64,000 bases of DNA from Octopus vulgaris. Taxonomy: Eukaryota. This document shows, in pieces, positions 37,701-49,909 of this stretch. The first letter of the stretch is position 1, and each line of letters opens with the position of its first letter. A program made the position numbers and the translations under genes. Below the pieces are notes generated by a model, which searched no databases, was not told the origin of the DNA, and saw only the letters and a list, made by a program, of their open reading frames with translations. Where the stretch lies: contig OX597822.1 of NCBI GenBank assembly GCA_951406725.2, positions 79,174,001 through 79,238,000 of the forward strand. The letters run 5' to 3'.

Positions 37701-37820
37701 AGACCTGATGAGTGACTATATTTTTAAATAGAATTAAATTTAGTTCAATTTAATTTTGAATCAAACTGATTTTATTATTATTATCTATTTGAAAATATAG
37801 CCATGAAACATGCGTAGTCT
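37701..37820 (+). ncRNA. Type I hammerhead ribozyme with extended stem II
   Basis: Stem I AGAC/GTCT; core CTGATGA (37705-11); stem II 37712-32 pairs with 37784-804 (20/21 pairs including 2 G-U); GAAA (37805-08); stem III AC-ATGC-GT; cleavage triplet GTA (37814-16). Confidence 0.75.
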
Positions 37821-37971
37821 TTTTACTACTGTTGACTATTTATTGTACTTTATTGATTTAAAATAAGGTTTTTTTTTATAGTATATGTTTTCTATATGGT
37901 GTGAATAACAACTTTCTTTATTGAAATGTTTAACAGTGGTTTTTCTTTAAATTATATATATATATATATAT

Positions 37972-38122
37972 ATCATCATCATCATCATCATCGTTTAACA
38001 TCCGTTTTCCGTGCTAGCACAGGTTGGACGGTTCGACCGGGGTCTGGGAAGCCAGGAGGCTCCACCAGGCTCCAGTCTGATCTGGTAGTGTTTCTACAGC
38101 TGGATGCCCTTCCTAACGCCAA
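37972..38122 (-). mobile_element. Young RTE-type 3' tail element
   Basis: (cat)n cgtttaacatccgttttccgtgctagc...ctacagctggatgcccttcctaacgccaac. Confidence 0.8.
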
Positions 38123-38517
38123 CAGTATTATATAAAGATTATTGTTGTTGGGTTAAAATAGTACAATGTGCCTTACTAAAACAAAAACAAAAACAAAAAA
38201 CACGTTTTGAATTTTCAAGGCTGGAGCTTCTTCTGATTTGTAAATTGTAACATGCTTAAATGACAGAATATGGAGCTCTTCCCTTAACAGGATGTCAGTC
38301 TGTCACAGGGTTAATTTGCACGACCACCATCACTTTTGCAATTACTCATTTCCATTTTTAATGAAGTGCCTTGCTCAAGGCTACAATGCATTGCCTAACC
38401 ATGGAAGTGAAACCAGGATAATACACACATGCACGTATAAAGAAGGAATGAACAGAGAAAGGATAGAGCGACCTGTTTAGTGCCACTTCAGATAACTACA
38501 CTAGAGATAATGACAAG

Positions 38518-38735
38518 TTAATGTATACTTTTAATCTGATGAAATATACTGCTTTCACTTCAATTAATTTTGAAAATAATGAATAATTTAGTAAATAACT
38601 GTCATTTTTAAGCTGGTGTTTGGAAGATAAATTAACATGAAATGTAGATGGAAGGTTATAATTTAAATAACTTTAAAGAAGCAAGTTTGTATTATAGAAC
38701 CAGGAGGGGTGGTTTTTATACTTCAAAAGGGTTAA
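38518..38735. mobile_element. piggyBac-type MITE
   Basis: Ends aaaagggTTAA (38732-35), with TTAA at 38518-21; left TIR decayed. Confidence 0.55.
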
Positions 38736-40955
38736 GAGACTTTGGTTAAAGAGGAGGTGGAGGTATGGTGGCAAAGGGAATCAATTTGTATACACAACAT
38801 TTGGTATGAAAAATATCAGCAAGAAAAAAGCTGAGTGTATTTCTACACACATGTCTGATTAAAACGTGTGTGAATGAATGTGTATGTGCGTATATGCACT
38901 TGAGTGTTTTATCTTTGTGTACGTATTTCCCAGAATCTGGAAAGGGTGAGGGGGGGGACTCAGACAGAGTCACTGGCTGTGAGTGAAAGGTAGAGATTGA
39001 TATTCATACCATTGATGCTGTCTTTGAAGAGTTGAAGGTTAGTAAACGTGTTTGTGGTTTTTTTCTTGTGTGTGTGTATGAGTAAATACACAAACACACA
39101 CACACTGTCATACATGAAAATACCTTTAATAGTATGTTATGTACATCTGGCTCACAGGCGGAGTTCATTTTAAAAAGAAGCAAGAAAGCAAGCAAATGAG
39201 AAAGAAATAGAGGATATTAAAAAATGCTTATATAAGAATACTATTATTATTATTATTATTATTATTATTAGTTGTAGTAGTAGTAGTAGTAGCAGCAGCT
39301 GCAAAAGTAGTTTGTTGTGGCAATAGTTGATGGAGAAAAGTTGAGAAAAAAACACGAGTCAGCAAATACTTCAGAGCAACATAATCTCCTCAGAAGTTCC
39401 CTGATCCTCTTTTGTTTATTCCAGAAGATTAACAACATCAATGTTTGTTCTTCAAACATCCATGCATGAACTGGTGTGTGTGTCTGTATGTGTGTTTTTG
39501 ATAAGTACCAGGTAAATGGTATAGGAGGGTCAGTGGTTCAAATTCTATCATAGATGTTGCAATTTTAATGTGTGTGTTTGTGTGTGTATAGGCAAATCAA
39601 AACTACAAACAAAAATAAAAAATACAAACAGCAAAAGTCAAAAGAACATACACAGCGAATGTATTAGGTTGACGTTCATTTTTAAGATGGGAAAAAGAGG
39701 GGGGGTGATGTTTCAACCATGGCTCTTTGTCAGAAAGAGGAAAGGGCTGGAGAGAAGGAAAAGAATGGTCCAAGAAAAGCATGTGTGTGGTTATATGGCA
39801 TGGCTGAAGTGACCAGATGTATCACAATAAAATGCACCTCCTACACTCTGTAAAGGAGTTGGTGTTAGGATGGGCAATGAACCATAGTAATCATACTAAA
39901 AAGGGAATGCATGAGCAAGGCATGGTCCTCTAATTCATCCCCCCACACACACACGGTGCTAGACAACCATAAGAACATCATTTGCTATGGTTGATCACAC
40001 AAGGAAACCCCAGCTCCTCAACAAGTGGGCGACTATAGTAAATAGAGATCTCAGTGCTATGGTGTAATTGAGGAAAGACCACCAACAAGGACAACAAAAT
40101 CAAAGATCAAAGTACATTTTTGTTGTCATATATAGAGCTTTCTCCAAAAGACATAGCTATTAATCATCCAGTACCAAGTCACGCTCACTACACACAAGTA
40201 CTTTAAGTAGCAGCCAAAGTTCAATAAAAATGGGATTTGTCTATTTCTTTTATCATAAGTGCATTTAAAACAAGTTATCTCATTCTAATTAGCTTAGTAA
40301 TGTCCATTGCATTAAATATTCTTACTTTCTAACTTAATCATTGCCTTTCATGAAGATGTACTACATATCTAATTATTTTATTTCTAAACCATTTCATTTT
40401 CTTATGCTAAAAAATGTAAAATCTTTAGTAAACATAAATACATTTTACTTATTATTTTATAAACCACTTTGGGGGTAAAATGGAGGCTATGCTTTGTTGA
40501 TGAGGTCAGCATAAGACTAAAACATGTTTGGACTTTCCTCTCGAACTTATAAGACTAATGAATATAAGTCATTAACTAAGATGACTTTTTGATATTTTCT
40601 TACATCTATTTTTAGTTAGCTTTTTGATGCACATTAATTTACTCAGCTCAATAGAAGTTTAACACTCCAAGTGATTGTACTAATTTGTCAATTTTTCAGC
40701 ACTGCATAGAGCTGTAAGTTTGTCCCAGAGCTCAGTGCCTACTCACAGTCTGTGAAGTGAACTATGTGAAAGGAGTTCTTTTTTCCAGTTTAGCAGACCT
40801 ATGATTAAAAGTCACTAAAAGAATATAAACCATCACTAAAAGTCACTAAAAGAATATAATGTTTTTGCTGATGCCATCCTCTCTCTCACTAATCAAAAGA
40901 TCCTATATTAAATCAAAACCAATGAAAAGTAAATTATAAAAAATAATTGATGGGT

Positions 40956-41024
40956 ACTTACTCACAAAATATGAAATAGTCAGGTCAACTTACCTGCAAA
41001 GGAAATAAAAGAAAACAAGTTAAT
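40956..41024 (-). other. Recursive splice site (ratchet point) with RS-exon
   Basis: Minus: ATTAAC-TTGTTTTCTTTTATTTCCTTTGCAG|GTAAGT (junction 40994/40993), then GTGAGT at 40965 and GTAAGT at 40961. Confidence 0.6.
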
Positions 41025-41863
41025 TTCAAGTCTTTATCAATGACAATATATAATTTGACAACAAAAGAGGAATTTATTATTATTACTATTACTACCAATA
41101 CTACTATTATTAGCATAGTATAGAAATTGATAAATGATAAACAAGTAAGCTTATGGCAAGCCAAGTCTGCAATTTGGTTTCAATTCTTAACAGTAGTTAA
41201 TTCATTTACATCAGAAAGCTCATGTAAGTATATCAAAATATGTAACTGAAACATCACCAACCCTTTATCTTGCCACCTATCACTTTCCCTATGTAATTCA
41301 TGTTTGATATTTCACCACTAAACATTTTCTTCTGTCAGATGATAGCAATGTACGTCAGTCTTGATGGTTAAGAAGGGAGCTTCTATATGATTGCTTGACC
41401 TAAATTCCTTTCAGATTTCACCCTATCATTTTAAATTACGAAAGGACGCACTGGGCAATGTAGTACTGTGTGTGTGTGTGTGTGTGTGTGCACGAGCGCA
41501 TATGTACATAGGGGTGAGAGAAAAAGTCATCATTATATAATACATAAACTATGAGAAATGCACCCAGAGGACAGTGATTCTCTTAGTATAAATTATAATC
41601 GCAAAGTCATTAGCCATAATATATAGACAGTACAATATGCCATTTCTTCAACCATACAATTTGTGGTTTTGTGCCTCGGTAAGAAATCATTATTATAATA
41701 ATTATTGTTATAAATTAAATGCTAAAATTTTAACTTAAATTATATTAGACATAATAATCAATTTAAATCAGAAAAGAGAAACAAGCTGATTGATTTTTCA
41801 GCAACAACATTACTACTGATTAAACCACAGAATACTTGCTATTTCCCCTTCTCAACACCCCCC

Positions 41864-41895
<32 letters not shown>

Positions 41896-41897
<2 letters not shown>

Positions 41898-42118
41898 CTC
41901 TTTTACTTGTTTTAGTCATTTGACTGTGGCCATGCTGGAACACTGCCTTTAGTCGAGCAAATTGACCCCAGGACTTATTGTTTGTAAGCCTAGTACTTAT
42001 TCTATTCGTCTCTTTTGCCAAACTGCTAAGTTATGGGGACATAAATGCACCAGCATCAGTTGTCAAGCGATATTGGAGGGGACAAACACAGACACACAAA
42101 CACACACATACATACATA

Positions 42119-42189
<71 letters not shown>

Positions 42190-42345
42190 GACAGGCTTCT
42201 TTCAGTTTCCGTCTACCAAATCCACTCACAAGGCTTTGGTTGGCCTGAGGCTATAGTAGAAGACACTTGCATAAGGTGCCATGCAGTGGGACTGAACCCA
42301 GAACCATGTGATTGTTAAGCAAGCTACTAACCACACAGCTACTCC
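41896..42345 (-). mobile_element. S1 SINE (CR1-type tail)
   Basis: Full-length match to 48895-49314 with internal (TA)n. Confidence 0.9.
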
Positions 42346-45300
42346 ATATTACTGTATTACTTTAATTCCACAAAATAATTTGTCAGCCACTCAGTATTAG
42401 CATGATTGGCTATTCTCCTACTGTCTAACAAAACAATGTGTCTTTGCTTGATACTATGCTTATGATGTGATGTAACCCCCAAGACTCATAGAATGAATAA
42501 GCTGAAAGATTTTTATATAAATAGTATTATCTATACATTTGCAAGCCATTAGCAATATCTTTTCTTGGGCCCTAAGATTCATAAAACTGGTTATTCAGTT
42601 TCCATGACTTATAAATGACCAAGATCAAAACATTCCCCTGAACAGGATGCTGGTCCATCGCAAGGCTCAAGGCCAGTAATTTTTTAGGGGAAGGAAAAAT
42701 CTGATTACATTAAGCCTTGTACTTGACTGGTACTGTATTTTATCAATCCTGAAGAGATGAAAGGTTGACCTTGGCAAAATTTGAACTCAGAATGTAAAGA
42801 GCCAGAAGAAATGCTGCAAAGCTAATTGATTCTGCCAGCTCACTGCCTTATTAGCAATACAAGTTAAAGGAAATGGAATTGAAACCAAACTGTAGACTTT
42901 GTCAGCAATAAGTTTATCCTTTATCAACTACACAACTTACAATGGTAAGAACATTTGTCTAACATAAATGTTTATAAAGATAGCTGAGAGTGTAGAACAC
43001 CAATATAAAATGTATTGCAGTATTTATTATTGGCAACAGTCTTAGTTGTATGTTCAAATCCCAGCAGGGTAGAGTAATTCACTAATTCCTGTGCCTTTGT
43101 TCGATTAACTGGCAATGTGTCAAAACAAGTAAGTGAAGTTGTAGAGAGGATAATGTATGACTACCTCCTTGAGGAATCATAAGTTTAAGTCTGATGCAAA
43201 GCAGAATTTTTATGTGCTTCTGAGCAAAACCTTATTTGACATTGTCTCAGTTCACTGAATTACCAGGCAATAGGCACCAAATCATCAGGGGATGTCACCT
43301 GCAATAATCTGGTTTCCTATCAAAAAGGTAAGTTGTCAATCATATCTTTCTAGTCATGAAATTAGAGCCAACAACTTTCTCTAAAAGTCCCCTCAGGGAT
43401 TTAGTGGGGGAAGTTACTATATGAAGGTTTTTAAAAAAATCAATATTTTCCAGATAAGATAGCTTTACTTTCAAACATTCACACCAACCAAATATGAGAG
43501 ATGTAAAATGTTAAAGTATAAAATATCAAGATACATGATGTTCTGGTAGGGAATATCATGTTATAATTATTATACTAAAGAGTAGGATATTACATAATGT
43601 ACAGAGATGTATGATATCAATACGTATCTACTTAAAGGTCTATGATATCAAGAGACAGAATATGAAGATACATGATACCAAAATATGATGTGTCACTAAA
43701 TATGATCAATATATACTATTAGGAGGTACAGAAAAGCAAGGTACATGATGTAAAGATATAGCATGTTGAAACAGATGATATTTTATGAAAAAAAGTACCA
43801 AGGTATATGATGCCAAGAAATAGCATAGGGACATAGATGACATTAAAGGTAGCTGTTGTCAAGATATTACAAATGTGATGTTGGAAAAAATGTTGAGTTC
43901 AAAATACATCATGTATATGATACATTAGCAAACCTATTTTCTTTTTTTTTCCTTTTTTTTTTATATATATATTGCTCCTCTTCCTAGTCTGCAACTCCTA
44001 GCTGAGATGAAGACCAAACACACAGAGATGTGGTGTTTATTTTCATTAACAATAAAGGAAAATGCAAAGCCCAAGTTTGTCAAAAGTCTCTATAGATCAT
44101 AAATATGAATGGGATATGATATTAGATATTATAGGCAACTTTTACAGTCATAAAAAAGCCACAGTTCACTGATGAAACTTGAACCATGCATCTATCCCTG
44201 GTTGAATATCCACATTACCAATGATGGTAATAACACCTCAACATTTAAATTAAAAGCTATATATTTCTGCTATTTTTAACTGTAGTATTTTCTCTTCTCA
44301 AAATAAATTATCTATCATTTAGTACTTAGAGGTCAGGTTTTACAACTAATATCCCACACTACAAGGTGTCCCATAAAGTTCAGTGATTTGAGCTGAAAAA
44401 TAACACTAAGAAACAAATTCTGAAATTATGAATAAATTAACTACTAAAATTTTCAATGTAAAACAATATTCTCATAAAGGCCATTTTCCCATGTAGACCC
44501 CTGACAGTCTTTTCTATTTTCAGTTACATTCATTATGTTCCCTTCTTGAGGCAGTGATTGGCAGACAAGTACCCTTCCTGTTGCCAACCTTTTCACTTAA
44601 CTTTTACAACATACAAGGACTTAGTGTGCTTATTCTAAAGCCAGGATACACACAGTCAATATAACATGAACAGTAGAGTAAAAATATAAATAATAACTAG
44701 CCACATATTTTAATCTTAAAATACCTAAACTTTTAACATAACTGAAAACATTTCATTGCCCATAATTGCTTGCATGCAATAATGTTGTTTAAACATACAG
44801 AATCCTTAGAGCTTGTTGAAGCTTTCAATTTTGTTGTTTTATTTACCAAAGTGTATAGGATTCCAAACATCAAAAAGTTTTAACATCAGGTGCCATAGGA
44901 TTAATGTAGGAGACATAGTTATATGTTGTCTTTATGGGAACCATTCACAACTATGACCACATATTGTCAATATTTTAATGTCTAATTTTCCATGTTTGCA
45001 GGGTCAGATGAAATTTATAGGAGCAGATTTTCTGCAGCCAGATGCCCTCCTTGTAACTAGCATTTGCCAGTTTCCAAGTAAGCTAATATTTCCCTATAAT
45101 TAGACATGTTAATGTAGAATATTGGAAATGAATGGACATTCATTTACAACAACCATTCAATGTCAAGACAGGAAGATACCAACACACACACAAAGGTAAT
45201 CAAGCTATAAAAGCCATGGCCTTTCTGTCTATTTTTCTTGACATTGTAGATCTACGATTACAGTATTTAATGTCCCTTTCTCTTAATTCTAAGACGGATA

Positions 45301-46866
45301 GCCCCTTTACTTGTAGTTTCATATTTCCAATGTTGAATTATTGGGTGGGAAGCAGGGATCCAAATTCCATTACCAGACACCATGAATTCAGGCCAGAGCC
45401 TTTATAGCATTGCTTCATCTACAAGAAATAGCAAACAAATGTCCATCAAATCACAAGAAAGTAGATAATGCAATTCTAGGCAGACTATGAGCGAATAAAA
45501 GACAAGATGATCATAGCTGGAATACCACTGATTATAGGCCAACTGGATGAGAGTAATCTGGAGTGGAATAACAGCAACAAACAGGTCAGGTGAACATATC
45601 CTGTCCATAGGTCTAATTAAGTCAATTGTTGTGGATTTAGCATGTTTGATCTTCACCTCCATTGAACAATTTTAAAATTAACATAGAAATTAAGAAAGTC
45701 ACTTCAGGCATTCCATCTCTGAATTAAGGAAAATGGTGTGTTATAAAGAGAGGAATGATATGTGTGTGTGTGTATGAGAGAGAGAGAGAGGGAGAGAGAG
45801 AGAAGGAGAGAAATCTAGAGGTATGTGAGGGTTTGTGTATGTATAATAGTGTGCTCACATACTTCTATGTGAATGTACATCTTTATGTATATGTGCTCTC
45901 TTGCATTTGTATTTTCATGCATGTGTGCCCATGAAAGTATGTATTTGCACAACATGTGTACATTTGCTTGAATGCATGTATGAGTGCACATACACGTGGT
46001 TATACTGCACTTTGTTTATCTGCATGCATACATGGTTAAGTGTCTTTGTGTATGTGCATTCCTGTGAACGCTATGTTTGCATGTGTATGTGTAGAAGAGC
46101 AAGTGTATTTGTTTGCAAGTATTTGTGCATGATTATGTTCATTGACTCTTGTGTTTATATGACAGCATATGTGCATGTGCACGTACGTATGCACATTTGT
46201 ATGTATGCATGCATTAACTTAATGCTAAGACCATAAAGTAGAAATCCTGCTAGAGATTGAGTTCTTTCACTCGATAAAAAAAATTCCTTAAAAATACAAA
46301 AATTGAAAATGACAATGAAATTAAATTATAAAAAAAGAAATGTTTAATAGAAGTCAAAGAAAAAAAAGGTCTTTTTAAACTTTTGATATTTTTTTATCAA
46401 TAATAAACAAGAAAAATGAAAACTGCAGTAAACCAAAAGAATCTACAACAAAGAAAATTCTTGTTCTTCTAATTTGAACACTAATTAAAAAAATAAAAAT
46501 ACAAAAGTATACAACAAAATTGTTTTAATAGCTTTATTCATTGCAAATGATGATGATCATAGTTTTGATGGGTGCAGCAAAGATACAAGAACATAAATGC
46601 AATCCTAACAATACAGTTTAGCTCAATGCTTTGGAAGCCAACATTAAAGAAACAAACCAACGCAAACTTCTACGTAGATTTCAACATACTAGCAATCACA
46701 ACGATACCTCCTTCAAATAACACTCCATTTTCATTAAAAAAAAAAGTATACACTGAATAATGTGCTAGATACACAAGATACAGGATGGGCACATCTAGAT
46801 AAGAGATGACCTGGGGTTAAACAATGTTAACAGAACTAAAGTAGTATAATGAGAGAAAAAAAGGCA

Positions 46867-47163
46867 TTAGAGGGGTTATGCATACCCTGTGCACACACAA
46901 GGATAAAGTAAAATTTAATTTAATAATCTCAACAAAATGACATCAAGAGTTATTTCCCTTGCTTATTGTTTATGCATATGCAAAAAAAAAAAAAACATTT
47001 TGATTCACCAAACCAGAATTCAGTGAGTTCAAGCCACCCATCCAATGAGCATTTCTGCCAAATTTGGTAAAAATCTGTTCAGCCGTTTTCCAGTAATTTT
47101 GCAAACACACAGATAAACATATCAGGACGAGCAACAACACCCTGCTTTCGCTGACTCAGTAAT
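46867..47163 (+). mobile_element. Non-autonomous Helentron-type element
   Basis: ccaaatttggtaaaaatctgttcagccgtttt motif, short (AC) tract and a subterminal GC-rich segment; same architecture as 6280-6572. Confidence 0.55.
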
Positions 47164-48894
47164 AAACTGTCATACTGCTTTTCAAATGAAAACTTCATGC
47201 TTTCACTCTAAGATTTTAGGATGGGCAACTTTAAATAAACACAGAATAAAAATATTTATCAGACTGTTTGCTGATCAAATAAATAGTTATTGATCTATTT
47301 ACCTAATTTCCTCAATTTCTATTTTGATCTCCAGATAGAATATTTGTAAATTTATCTGCACATGCTCAAGTTGAGGCAAAACACACAAACATTTCTCTTG
47401 CTAAAGTAATTGATCAAAGAATGATGATAGTGGTTATTTTAGATCAAACTCTGGGCTAACAGACCTATGATCAAAGCTATTCCGGCCTTAGCCATCCATC
47501 ATGTATTCATATATTGTATATCTAGAGTCATATTATTCAATGTGTCCAAGCTTTTTTAAGAGAGACTTGGTTGTTACTTTTAACAGCTCAAGTGAACTCT
47601 AATAATGGTTTCTTATATTTACATAAGATCCTAAATTTTATGTGATGGATTTAATAAAATAGCCATATTAATTGACTAGAACCTATCACATTTGGTCTTG
47701 TTTTTTTCTTGTATAACAAGAGGATGAAGCGCAATACCTACAACTCTTTTCAGTTGATGGGGGAAAGGAAGAAGCTATCCATAGAACTGGCCTGAATGTT
47801 TGCAGCCATGGACAAAGATAGTGGTATTAATCCAAGCAACAGAAGAAGTCTAGCATCCAAGAACAGGAATAGCCTCTTTGATGAGATTCCATTGACCAAA
47901 TTTCATTCATAAGGCATTAATTGATTAGAGAAGAGACACTTGCCAAAGGTATCATGCAGTGAGTTGAACCCAAAACTACATACTTTTGAGAAAAAACTTC
48001 TTAGTCACATAATCATACTTGGAAAGATGAGAAACAAATCAACATCATGAGGAGTTGAACACAGAACAAAGGAACATAGAGCTAATATGGATTTTTTGTG
48101 ATCAGACATGAATCATTTTAACAATGGAGTAAATTAATTGTTGTTATTTTCGCTGCTTTAGTCAGTCCTGATCTAACAAACCTATGACTAAAGGTGTTCT
48201 AGCCATAACTAACCCATTTTTTTTTCAGCCATAGTGTATTTAGGGTCATACTATCCGATGCATTCTTTTCTTTTTGTTAAGAGGAACTATACAGAAGAAG
48301 CTTCCTTGGCTTGTAGAGAGAAATGATTAAAGTGATTCCTATATACTACATATTATTCACACCAGAAGGAGGAACATGGAATTCAGAACATAGAGAGACA
48401 AAAAGAAATACTACAATACATTTAGTCCTTACAACCTCGGGAACATCAATGATAATCATCACAGAGAATAATGAGATGTATCGGGAGACCTAGATTCATA
48501 CTTCATCTTCTTCAGCAACACATCTTGACATAATATGAAAAAATAGTGATGAACCAATAAAGATGCTTCTATATGGTCACTTAACTTGCAAGAAAAAGTA
48601 AACAAATCTTCAAAGCACACCCTACTGTCTTAAAAATTCACTTCTTTGTATCAGTCCTAAATAAACTATCCCTGGAGAAATAAAGAATAAATGATAAAGA
48701 GGTCAGAGCTAAAAGGTTTCTATGAATCTGGCTGAAATAGGGTTGATCTAATGTTAACAAACAATAACAAGATGAAATAATGAAGTGCACCAGCTTTGAG
48801 ATATTGTAAACTTCATGTGCGTGTGTATGAGATGCAGTATATTATATTCTGATATACACATGTAGAATTGTAAAAGTTTAATATTATCAATAAA

Positions 48895-49055
48895 CAGGAG
48901 TGGCTGTGTGGTAAATAGCTTGCTAACCAACCACATGGTTCTGGGTTCAGTCCCACTGCGTGGCATCTTAGGCAAGTGTCTTCTGCTATAGCCCTGGGCC
49001 GACCAATGCCTTGTGAGTGGATTTAGTAGACGGAAACTGAAAGAAGCCTGTTGTA

Positions 49056-49124
<69 letters not shown>

Positions 49125-49314
49125 TTGTCTGTCTGTGTTTGTCCCCCTAGCATTGCTTGACAACCGTCACTTAGCGGTTCGGCAAAAGAGACCGATAGAA
49201 TAAGTACTGGGCTTACAAAGAATAAGTCCCGGGGTCGATTTGCTCGACTAAAGGCAGTGCTCCAGCATGGCCGCAGTCAAATGACTGAAACAAGTAAAAA
49301 AAAAAAAAAGAGTA
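48895..49314 (+). mobile_element. S1 SINE, young copy (resembles octopus OR-type CORE-SINEs)
   Basis: tggctgtgtggt (A box), gggttcagtccc (B box), CORE-like ggcatcttaggcaagtgtcttc, internal (TA)n(TG)n, tail gtgctccagcatggccgcagtcaaatgactgaaacaagtaaaa. Confidence 0.9.
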
Positions 49315-49909
49315 AATAATAGAAATATATTCTGAAAAATGATTTTAACATTAGAACAAGGCCATAAGATTTATTTTTTATCTTGAGAATGGGGGAAGGG
49401 TTTAGATGATATAATTGACTTCAGAAATTTGATTGGTATTATTTTATCCAATCTCTGGATAAATATAAAAGGCAAAGTTGAATCCAACAGGAGCCTGACC
49501 CTCAGACTGTAGAGATATAAATACCAAAACACACAATTTAGACTGCACCCTCACATATGAGGTTTACCTTTCCATGCTGTCATGTGTAAGACGGAGTTTA
49601 TTGAAGCAGATTTTCTACAGCTGGATGACTTTTCTGTTGTCAACCCTCACCCATTTCCAAACAAGGTAATATTTTCCCCATGATCAGGCACTTTAGCAGA
49701 ATATTGGAAATGGATGATACTCCATCTATGACAGTGACACACATTTGCAACTATGATGTGATGTCAACATAAGGAGACGCAAACATACATATGTACCCAT
49801 ACCACAGGCACACATACAATACACACACACACACATATACATATGTACATACACACACACACATGTACATATACACACACACATATATATATATACACAC
49901 ACACATGTA

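Noticed and set aside
45330-45460. Second ORF1 zinc-knuckle relic (..CFIYKK..KCPSN)
   Set aside because: The Cys/His pattern is incomplete and needs frameshifts; too decayed to support.
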